Part shown: positions 21,877 through 31,498 of the stretch, in pieces
Layout of the letters: each line of letters opens with the position of its first letter
How positions within the stretch are numbered: position 1 is the stretch's first letter
NCBI GenBank assembly: GCA_024236055.1
Contig: JACKLF010000004.1
Coordinates: 3,576 to 67,575, forward strand
Origin: Alphaproteobacteria bacterium
Lineage (GTDB): Bacteria; Pseudomonadota; Alphaproteobacteria; Micropepsales; Micropepsaceae
Reading direction: 5' to 3'
DNA length: 64,000 nucleotides
The notes under the pieces: model-generated
What the model saw: only the letters and a program-made list of their open reading frames with translations
The model's database searches: none
Told to the model about the DNA's origin: nothing
Translations under genes and position numbers: made by a program

Positions 21877-23187
21877 ATGACCGGCGCAGACATCGAGAAG
21901 GACAACCGCGAAACCGCCCGGCCCGCCCTGCTGCGCGCAGCCCGGCGCTACGGCATGTCCACTGTCGGCCCGCTGGCGGTGTCCGGCGCGCATTTCCTGG
22001 CCTCGCTGGTCTTCCTGCGCAACCTGAGCGCCCATGAATTCGGCCTGTTCTCCTTTGTCATGGTGGTGGTGTCCTTCGGCATGAGCCTGGGCGGCGCGCT
22101 GATCGTGGTGCCCATCACCCAGAGCCTGGTCAGCGGCGACGCCGCCACGCGGCCGGTCTGCTATCGCATGAACTGGCTGGTCTGCGCGGTCTTCGCCGTG
22201 GCCCTGGCGCTGGCCCTTTGGGTCAGCGAGGCGCCGCTGCGCGAGGCGCTTCTGCTGGGCGGCTATGCCGCCGCCTTCGCCTGGCGCTGGTTCGCCCGTT
22301 CGGTGGCCTATATCGACGGCCGCATCAACGCCGCCATTGCCTCGGACATCGTCTACAGCCTGATCCTGGTGACGGCCCTGCCTGCGCTGGCGCTGACCCA
22401 CCACATGACTTTCAACAACGGCAGCGAGGTGATGCTGCTGGCCGCGCTGGCCGCGCTGGTGCCGTTTGGCCGCACATTCTTCGCCGGCCAGCTCGCAGCC
22501 CTGCGGCAGGGCAGCTTCCTGGCCTATATGCCGGTGTTCAAGGACGTCTCGCGCTGGTCGATGATCGGGGTCATCTTCACCGAGATCACGGTCAACATTC
22601 ACGCCTATCTGGTCACCTTCATTTCCGGCGCCGAATCCTTCGCCCTGCTGGCGCTGGGCATGCTGCTGATGCGCCCCGCCTCGCTGGTCCAGTCCGCCCT
22701 GCCCGACATGGAGCGGCCCGCCATGGCCCGCGCCATCGCCAGGGGCGACCTGGCCGGGCTGAACGGCATCGCGCGCACCTTCCTGCACGGTCTCGGCGCG
22801 GCATGGGTCGGCAACATCGCCCTGTGCGCGTGCCTGCTGTTCTTCTATCCGGTGCTGATCCTGAAAAAGGGCTACAGCCTGCACGAGGTCGCGCTGGTGG
22901 CCGCGATCAGCGCCGTCATCATGCTGCTGCGTGCGATCCGCACCCCGTTGGCCGTTTGGTTGCAGGCCGCGGGCGAGTTCCGTGCCCTGGCCTGGCTGGG
23001 CATCAATTCAGGCATCGTCTCGCTGATCGCCACCCTGTCGCTGCTGCTGGCCTTCGGCCCCATCGTCTCGATGGGCGGGCTGGTGCTGGGCGAGCTGGTG
23101 GTGATCGTGCGTTGCGCCGATCTGGTCGCCCGCTGGAAGCGCGAAAAGACCGATGTTCCGGCCATCGGAGTGCTGGCCCATGCCTGA
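21877..23187 (+). CDS. Polytopic membrane protein, probable Wzx flippase
   Basis: About 12 hydrophobic segments, RNLSAHEFGLF near the N-terminus, position within the EPS operon. Confidence 0.7.
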   Translation: MTGADIEKDNRETARPALLRAARRYGMSTVGPLAVSGAHFLASLVFLRNLSAHEFGLFSFVMVVVSFGMSLGGALIVVPITQSLVSGDAATRPVCYRMNWLVCAVFAVALALALWVSEAPLREALLLGGYAAAFAWRWFARSVAYIDGRINAAIASDIVYSLILVTALPALALTHHMTFNNGSEVMLLAALAALVPFGRTFFAGQLAALRQGSFLAYMPVFKDVSRWSMIGVIFTEITVNIHAYLVTFISGAESFALLALGMLLMRPASLVQSALPDMERPAMARAIARGDLAGLNGIARTFLHGLGAAWVGNIALCACLLFFYPVLILKKGYSLHEVALVAAISAVIMLLRAIRTPLAVWLQAAGEFRALAWLGINSGIVSLIATLSLLLAFGPIVSMGGLVLGELVVIVRCADLVARWKREKTDVPAIGVLAHA

Positions 23188-24103
23188 AGCGGCGCACACA
23201 AATCTGGATGTCACCATCTGCATCCCCACTTTCCGGCGGCCCAAGAGCCTGAAGCGGCTGCTGGACGCCATTGCCGCATTGCAGACCGATGCGCGCCTGG
23301 CGGTGCTGGTCGCCGACAATGACGCGCAAAACCATGCCGGCTTCGACCTGGTGACGGCGCTTGCGCCCGGCTATCGCTGGCCGCTGACCGCCGTGATCGC
23401 GCAAAAGCGCGGCATCGCCCAGGTCCGCAACACGCTGATCGCCAACGCCCTGCCGCAGCAGGCCCGTTTCATCGCCATGATCGACGATGACGAGTGGCCC
23501 TCGACCGGCTGGATCGACCGCTTCCTGGCCTGCGCGGAGGAGACAAAGGCCGATGTGCTGCAGGGCTCCATCCTGCTGGGCAAATCCGGCGGCGCCGACG
23601 GCCATGCCGACATCCGCCGCCCCACCGGACCGATCGGCATGCTGCAGGGCGCCGGCAATCTTCTGATACGCCGCCCGGTGCTGGAGCAGACCGCCACGCC
23701 CTGGTTCGACCCGGAATTCGCGCTGTCGGGCGGCGAGGACCAGGAGTTCTTCGTGCGCCTGATGCGCGCGGGCCGGGTTTTCGCCTGGTGCGACGAAGCG
23801 ATCGCCCATGGCGAGGTTCCCGAAACCCGCGCCAGCCTGTCCTGGCTTCTGAAACGGGCCTATTCGGTGGGCAATTCCGACATGCGCGTCATGATCAAGC
23901 ATGAGCCGGGCGCGCAAACCATCATTCGTGAAGCGGCCAAAATCGGCGCCGCGCTCTTGTTGTCGCCGCTGGCGGCAGTCATTCTCGCCTTCAGCCCGAA
24001 TCGCCGGGTTGTGCCGCTGCAGAAGCTCTGCCGCGCAGCGGGGAAACTGACTGCGATGTTCGGCGCGCGCTACAACGAGTATGCCGTGGTCCATGGCGAA
24101 TGA
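23180..24103 (+). CDS. GT2 glycosyltransferase (ExoM-like)
   Basis: ICIPTFRRP, VADND, GIAQVRN, MIDDDE, GGEDQEFF. Confidence 0.9.
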   Translation: MPEAAHTNLDVTICIPTFRRPKSLKRLLDAIAALQTDARLAVLVADNDAQNHAGFDLVTALAPGYRWPLTAVIAQKRGIAQVRNTLIANALPQQARFIAMIDDDEWPSTGWIDRFLACAEETKADVLQGSILLGKSGGADGHADIRRPTGPIGMLQGAGNLLIRRPVLEQTATPWFDPEFALSGGEDQEFFVRLMRAGRVFAWCDEAIAHGEVPETRASLSWLLKRAYSVGNSDMRVMIKHEPGAQTIIREAAKIGAALLLSPLAAVILAFSPNRRVVPLQKLCRAAGKLTAMFGARYNEYAVVHGE

Positions 24104-25406
24104 TTTCGCACTAGCCTACCTGCCTCCCCGCGATGTCTCGCGCACCCTGCTGGCGAGCGGCGTCTATATCGCCCTGCTGCTGCTGATCTTCGTGGGGCTG
24201 GACGCGTTTTCACCCCCGCCGCTGGTGTCGCAATATGGCGGCGTGCAGGAAGCCTCCAAGGGCGACCTGCTGCGCCAGCTCTGCTATCTGGGCGTGGGGG
24301 CGGGCGTGGTGCTGGCGGCGATGCAGCGCCACGGCCTTGGCGCGCTGCGCGCGATTTCCCCGGCCATGGGCCTGCTGCTGGCCTGGTGCCTGGCCAGCGC
24401 GCTGTGGGCGCCCGAGCCCAATGTCGTGATCCGCCGCGCCGGGCTGGAGATCATCATCGTGATCTCGCTGCTGCTCAGCGTGGAAACGGTCGGCGCCCAG
24501 ACCGCCTTCCGCTGGTGGCGCTGGCTGATGGCGCTGGTGTTGCTGGTCAATTTCCTGTCGATCCCGCTGATCCCGGCAGCGCGCCATTTCGCGGGCGAGG
24601 TCGATCCGGCGCTGGTGGGCAACTGGCGCGGGCTCTATGGCCACAAGAACATCGCTGGCGCGGCCTGTGCCATCACCGCCATCCTGTTCCTGTTCACCCG
24701 CACCGGCTGGAAGAATGTCATCGGCATCGCCATCGCCGCGGCGGCCTGCGTCTTTCTGTATTTCACCCATTCCAAGACCTCGATGGGATTCCTGCCGGTG
24801 GCGCTGCTGGCAGGCCTTGCCTATCGCATCGGCTGGCGCGACGGGCTGTCGCGCGCGATCCTGTGCCTGGCCGTGGCGCTGCTGGCCGGACTGGTTCTGA
24901 CCTTCGTGCTGCTGGACGCCAACACCATCGCCCATGCCCTGGAAGACCCGCGTGAATTCACCGGGCGCAGCGCCATCTGGGCCGCCGAGCTGCGCTATAT
25001 CGCCGATCATCCGCTGCTGGGATCGGGCTTCGGTACCTTCGCCGATGCCGGCGGCCAGTCGCCCCTGCACGACTATGTGGCGGGCAACAGCTGGGTCGAT
25101 GCGGTCAGCCACGGCCATAACGGCTATCTGCAGATCCTGGTCACCATCGGCGGCATCGGCTTTGCGCTGACCCTGCTGGCGGCGGTGTTCGTCCCCCTGG
25201 CCCGCTTCTGGTCGCTGGATCACGCAGAGGATGGCTTCAAGCCGATGCTGTTCGCCCTGTTCACCTTCCTGGTGCTGCACAATTTCATGGAAAGCGATTT
25301 TCTGGAGGGCGATGGCGTCAGCTGGGCCGCCCTGCTGATGGTGATCGCCGCCCTGGGCGGCCGGGCGTCGAGATCAGCGACACGATCGGCCTCGGGCCGG
25401 GCCTGA
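24093..25406 (+). CDS. Wzy polymerase / O-antigen ligase family (ExoQ-like)
   Basis: WRGLYGHKN, SKTS, FTGRSAIW, PLLGSGFG, HGHNGYLQ. Confidence 0.88.
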   Translation: MANDFALAYLPPRDVSRTLLASGVYIALLLLIFVGLDAFSPPPLVSQYGGVQEASKGDLLRQLCYLGVGAGVVLAAMQRHGLGALRAISPAMGLLLAWCLASALWAPEPNVVIRRAGLEIIIVISLLLSVETVGAQTAFRWWRWLMALVLLVNFLSIPLIPAARHFAGEVDPALVGNWRGLYGHKNIAGAACAITAILFLFTRTGWKNVIGIAIAAAACVFLYFTHSKTSMGFLPVALLAGLAYRIGWRDGLSRAILCLAVALLAGLVLTFVLLDANTIAHALEDPREFTGRSAIWAAELRYIADHPLLGSGFGTFADAGGQSPLHDYVAGNSWVDAVSHGHNGYLQILVTIGGIGFALTLLAAVFVPLARFWSLDHAEDGFKPMLFALFTFLVLHNFMESDFLEGDGVSWAALLMVIAALGGRASRSATRSASGRA

Positions 25407-25493
25407 AAAGCGCGGAATTTCCCTGATTTCACGCGGCTTTTTCGGCCTTCTGGGGCAAATCGTTAACCGGTGCCAGCATAAACATGCAGGGCT

Positions 25494-26456
25494 ATGACGG
25501 CCCCGTTCTTCAGCGTGATCATCCCGGTCTACAACCGCGCCGGCCCGCTTGGCCGCGCGCTGGATTCGGTGCTGGCCCAGACCTGCCAGGATTTCGAGAT
25601 CGTGGTGGTCGATGACGGCTCGGCCGACGATCCGCGCGCCGTTGCTGAGAGCTATGGCGATCCGCGCATCCGTTTCATCCGCCAGGACAATGCCGGCGGC
25701 GGGGCGGCGCGCAACACCGCCATCGACGCCGCCTGTGGCCGCTTCATCGCCCCGCTGGATTCCGACGATGTCTTCCTGCCCCATCACCTGGAGCGGATGA
25801 AGGCGCTGCTGGACGGCACCGACGGCACGCTTGTGGGCTATGCGCGCATGCGCGTGGACCGGGGCGGCGGCCGCGTCTTCCTGAAACCGCCGCGCGCCAT
25901 CCGCCCCGACGAACACATGGCCGACTATCTTCTGTGCGAGCGCGGCTTCGTGCCCACCATCACCGTGGTGGTGGAACGCGAAATGGCCAAACGCATCCGC
26001 TACGACTTTGCCCTGCGCACCGCGGAAGACACCGATTTCGCCCTGCGCCTGTATCTGGCCGGCTGCCGCTTCAAGATGATCGAGGAGCCGGGCGCGGTGT
26101 GGATGGACCTGGCCGATCCGAACCGCACCTCGGCGGGGCGGCGCAGCCGCCGCTTCGGCGAATGGCTGGAACAGTTGCATCCCGTCATTCCGCCACGCGC
26201 CTATCATGGCGGGCGCGGCTGGGCCTATGCCAAGCTGATCGTGCGCGAGCGGCCGCTGGCGGCGCTGGGCCTTTACCTGAACGCGGTCATGCGCGGCTGC
26301 TATTCCCCAGGCCTGGCCGGCATCGTCTTCCTGCAGATTTTCCTGGGCGGCTTTTACCGCGCGGTGGCCGATGGCGCGATCGGCTGGCTGAAGGTGGGCC
26401 TGCGCGAACCGGCCCCGCAAAAACAGACCGGCGAGCGCACACAGGCGCGCGCATGA
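25494..26456 (+). CDS. GT2 glycosyltransferase
   Basis: SVIIPVYNR, VDDGS, ARN, LDSDD, EDTDF. Confidence 0.92.
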   Translation: MTAPFFSVIIPVYNRAGPLGRALDSVLAQTCQDFEIVVVDDGSADDPRAVAESYGDPRIRFIRQDNAGGGAARNTAIDAACGRFIAPLDSDDVFLPHHLERMKALLDGTDGTLVGYARMRVDRGGGRVFLKPPRAIRPDEHMADYLLCERGFVPTITVVVEREMAKRIRYDFALRTAEDTDFALRLYLAGCRFKMIEEPGAVWMDLADPNRTSAGRRSRRFGEWLEQLHPVIPPRAYHGGRGWAYAKLIVRERPLAALGLYLNAVMRGCYSPGLAGIVFLQIFLGGFYRAVADGAIGWLKVGLREPAPQKQTGERTQARA

Positions 26457-27538
26457 TCTCGCGGCGCCATCTGTTGGCCGCGGGCGCCGCAAGCCTGGCC
26501 GTGGCGCCCGGCGCTTGGGCCCAGCAGAACCCGCAAAGCCTGCGCGCGCTGGCCGCCGCCAAGGGCCTGGTCTTCGGCACCGCCGCCGCCTCCTATGAGC
26601 TGAAGGACCGCGACTTCACCGCCCTGCTGCCGCGCCAGGCCGCGCAGGTGGTGCCCGAATACGAAATGAAGCGCGGCGCGCTGGAGCCAAAGCCCGGCCA
26701 GTACGACTTTTCCGCCCTCGACAAGCTGTTCGGATTCGCCGCGCGGAGTGGCATGTCGCTGCGCGGCCATCCGCTGGTCTGGTACACCGCCAATCCGCCC
26801 TGGCTGGCGCCCGCGCTGGAAGCGCGGCGCGATGAAAACCTGATGACCGGCCATATCCGCGCGCTGATGACGCGCTATCGCCTCGCCTCGGTCGATGTCG
26901 TCAACGAGGCGCTGATGCCACCCGATTCAAGCCAGCGCGGCTGGCGGCCCTCGCCATGGCTGAAGGCCTTTGGCCCGCGCTATCTCGACATTGCCTTTGC
27001 CGCCGCGCGCGCGGCCAATCCCGCGACACGGCTGGTCTACAACGATTTCGGCTGCGAACAGGGCGGGCCGGGCAATGACCGCTTCCGCGCTGATACGCTG
27101 AAACTGCTGGACGGCCTTCTGGCCCGCAACGTGCCGATCGACGCGCTGGGCCTGCAGGCCCATCTGACGGCCTTTTCCAACCCCGTGGACCAGCGCAAGC
27201 TGCGCGCCTTCCTGGAGGAAGTCCGCGCCCGGGGCCTGGCGGTGCTGGTGACCGAACTGGATGTCGACGACAGCGGCGGCCCATCGGACATTGCCGCGCG
27301 CGACCGCGCCGTGGCCGACGAGGCCCGCCGCTTCCTGGACGTGGTTCTGGACACCCCCGCCACCCGCGCGGTGCTGACCTGGAACCTGTCGGACCGCTAT
27401 GTCGATCCGCCCGACGAATGGCGGCTGAAACTGGCGGGCTTCCGCTACCGCAAGACGCCCTATGACGCGGCGATGGCGCCCAAGCCGCTTTGGCAGGCCC
27501 TGGCCCGGGCCTTTGCCGGACGGCGCGCCTTTTACTGA
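26453..27538 (+). CDS. Tat-exported GH10 glycoside hydrolase (endo-1,4-beta-xylanase-like)
   Basis: MISRRHLL twin-arginine signal at ATG 26453; PEYEMK, RGHPLVW, DVVNE (acid/base), YND, GLQAH, VTELD (nucleophile). Confidence 0.88.
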   Translation: MISRRHLLAAGAASLAVAPGAWAQQNPQSLRALAAAKGLVFGTAAASYELKDRDFTALLPRQAAQVVPEYEMKRGALEPKPGQYDFSALDKLFGFAARSGMSLRGHPLVWYTANPPWLAPALEARRDENLMTGHIRALMTRYRLASVDVVNEALMPPDSSQRGWRPSPWLKAFGPRYLDIAFAAARAANPATRLVYNDFGCEQGGPGNDRFRADTLKLLDGLLARNVPIDALGLQAHLTAFSNPVDQRKLRAFLEEVRARGLAVLVTELDVDDSGGPSDIAARDRAVADEARRFLDVVLDTPATRAVLTWNLSDRYVDPPDEWRLKLAGFRYRKTPYDAAMAPKPLWQALARAFAGRRAFY

Positions 27539-27717
27539 GCGGCGCCAGGCCAAGCCGGATGGCGGCGATTTAACGAGCAAAATCCAGCAAATCCCTGCCT
27601 TTTTTAACCGCCCGACCGGGGCGGCGTTAACCATTCGTCAGGCAGCCCTCCGGTACACCTAAGCAGTTGCGGGGCCTTTGGATTCGGTGCGCCCCGGCGG
27701 AAGGCACCTTTGCGCGC

Positions 27718-29898
27718 ATGACTGCATACCAGCCACTTGCCGCTTACGTACCGGGCGCGTCGGCGCCTGGCGGGAGCTATGCGCCGCCGCCGGCCCAGCC
27801 CGCCTTCCAGCTTGCCGACCTGATTGCCATCGTCCATGCCCGCCGCGCGCTGATCGCAAAGATCACCCTGGGCGTGGTGCTGCTCGCCGTCGTCGTGGCG
27901 CTGTCGCTGCCCACCAAATGGTCCAGTTCGGCCGAAGTGATGCTGGACCAGCGGCGCAACACCATCACCGACCTTTCGGCGGTGCTGTCGCAGCTTCCCA
28001 ACGATCCGGCCACGCTGCAGAACCAGATCCGCATCCTGACCAGCCGCGAACTGGCCGGCCAGGTGGTCGATCAGCAGAACCTGCTCAACGATCCCGAATT
28101 CAATGCGGCCATCGCGCGGCCGGGCATCGGCATGCTGCTCGATCCACGGAGCTGGTTCGGCGACGACAGCGACGACGGTCCCGCCGACCGGCGCGACCGG
28201 GTGATCGACGCCTTCCTCAAGCACGTTACCGTCACCGCCGAAGGGCTATCCACCGCCGTCACCGTCACCGTCACCTCGAAGAATCCGGAAAAGGCGGCGC
28301 GGCTGGCCAATGCGCTGTCGCACCTCTATGTCGAATCCCAGGTCAGCACGAAGGTGAAGGCCACCGCCGCCACCACCGACTGGCTGAACCAGCGGCTGCA
28401 GGACCTGGCCCAGCAGCTTCAGCTTCAGGAAGAAGCCATCCAGCGCTACAAGGCCGAGCATGGCCTGACCGATTCCAGCCCCGGCAATTCGCTGGTCGAC
28501 CAGCAGCTTTCAGGCATCAACGCCCAGATCGTGCAGGCCCGTTCCGACCTGGCCGAGAAGCAGGCGATCAAGGACCGCATCGACCAGTTGATGGCCAGCG
28601 GCAATGCCGCCGATATCGGCCAGATCGTGTCCTCGCCGCTGATCGTGCAGCTTCGCACCCAGCAGGCCGAACTGCTGCGCGAGGAAGGCCTGGCGGCCAG
28701 CAAATACGGCCCGCTGCATCCCAAGATGCAGGCCATCCAGGCGCAGAAGCGCGACCTGGACCTGAAGATCACCCAGGAAGTCTCGCGCCTGGCCGCATCG
28801 GCCAGCAACGATGTGATGGTGGCAAAGGCCCATCTGTCGTCGCTGCAGTCCAGCCTGGGCGGGGCCGAGCGCACCGCCAACACCCAGAACCTGGCGCGGG
28901 TACAGCTTCAGGCGCTGCAGTCCAATGCCGATTCCACCCGCACCCAGTATGAGGCGTTCGTCCAGCGGCTGCGCCAGAGCCAGAATACCGACCAGGCCCA
29001 GACGCCCGACAGCCAGATCATCAGCGCCGCCGCGGTGCCCGACAAACCCAGCGGACCCAAGCGCAAGCTGATCGTGGGCGCATCGCTGCCGCTGGGCCTG
29101 ATGCTGGGCCTGCTGACCGCGCTGCTGCTGGAAAAGGTCGGCCCGCTGATGCCCGTCAGGGTCAATGGCGCGCCGCGTGCCGCCATCGTGCGCCCGGCCA
29201 AACCGCGCACCCCGCCAAAAGCCCAGGCCCCTGTCGCGGTGTGGAGCGGCCCGCCCATCCTGGCCGACATTGCCGACACCGCGCGGCTGACAACCGCCGA
29301 CTTCGTGATCGATCATCCCACCAGCAAGCTGGCCCATGCCCTGGCCGGGCTGGTGCGCCAGCTTGAAGCCAAGACCGGGGGCGCCGCCGTGGTGGCGCTG
29401 ACCTCGGCCGATTTCGGCGAGAACCGCGCCGCCATCGCCGCCAGCCTGGCACGCGCCGCCGCCAGGATGGGCAAGAAGACCATCATCGTCGATTGCGCCC
29501 CGCAGGGGCTGGCCGGCCGCGCCCTGAAGGCGCCCGTCAAGAACGGTCTCTATGAAGTGCTGACCGGCAAGGTGCCGCTGAACCAGGCGCTGGCAAAAGA
29601 CCCGCGCGGACAGGCCTATCTTCTGGGCTGTCCCAACCGGCCGCCCAATGCGCCCACCATGTTCTCGTCGCGCCAGATGGCGCGGCTGATTTCGATCCTG
29701 CGCGGCGGCGCCGATTTCGTGGTGATCGATTGCGGCTCCGCATCGCTGGGGCCGGATGCGGCGCTTCTGGCGCGCCAGGCCGACGCCACCGTGCTGGTGG
29801 CCCGCCGCCAGGCGCTGCATGCGCCGCCGGTGGCCAATGCCGCCAAGATCCTGCAGACCGCCAAGGCCGCGCCCGTCGGCATCGTGGTTACGCGCTAG
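27718..29898 (+). CDS. Polysaccharide co-polymerase (Wzc/ExoP/GumC family)
   Basis: Two TM segments, long periplasmic coiled coil, YGPLHPK, PDKPSGPK, C-terminal P-loop-like domain. Confidence 0.9.
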   Translation: MTAYQPLAAYVPGASAPGGSYAPPPAQPAFQLADLIAIVHARRALIAKITLGVVLLAVVVALSLPTKWSSSAEVMLDQRRNTITDLSAVLSQLPNDPATLQNQIRILTSRELAGQVVDQQNLLNDPEFNAAIARPGIGMLLDPRSWFGDDSDDGPADRRDRVIDAFLKHVTVTAEGLSTAVTVTVTSKNPEKAARLANALSHLYVESQVSTKVKATAATTDWLNQRLQDLAQQLQLQEEAIQRYKAEHGLTDSSPGNSLVDQQLSGINAQIVQARSDLAEKQAIKDRIDQLMASGNAADIGQIVSSPLIVQLRTQQAELLREEGLAASKYGPLHPKMQAIQAQKRDLDLKITQEVSRLAASASNDVMVAKAHLSSLQSSLGGAERTANTQNLARVQLQALQSNADSTRTQYEAFVQRLRQSQNTDQAQTPDSQIISAAAVPDKPSGPKRKLIVGASLPLGLMLGLLTALLLEKVGPLMPVRVNGAPRAAIVRPAKPRTPPKAQAPVAVWSGPPILADIADTARLTTADFVIDHPTSKLAHALAGLVRQLEAKTGGAAVVALTSADFGENRAAIAASLARAAARMGKKTIIVDCAPQGLAGRALKAPVKNGLYEVLTGKVPLNQALAKDPRGQAYLLGCPNRPPNAPTMFSSRQMARLISILRGGADFVVIDCGSASLGPDAALLARQADATVLVARRQALHAPPVANAAKILQTAKAAPVGIVVTR

Positions 29899-29918
29899 TC
29901 TCTCATCACCGCACATTG

Positions 29919-30036
29919 CCCCGCCCCCGCGTGCGCGTGAGCACGCTGGAGGGGAAGTGGTCGTAGCAACGCGAAGACGCCGCGCACCAGGTGCGCGGCG
30001 TCAAGCAAAGTTGCGAAGACCGGAGGGGGTCAGAAT

Positions 30037-30039
<3 letters not shown>
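29919..30039. repeat. Second copy of the palindromic repeat at 5496-5615
   Basis: Shares CGTAGCAACGCGAAGACGCCGCGC..GCGCGGCGTCAAGCAAAGTTGCGAAG.CCGGAGGGGGTCAGAATTTA; again between convergent genes. Confidence 0.88.
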
Positions 30040-31488
<1,449 letters not shown>

Positions 31489-31498
31489 TGCTCTGGTC

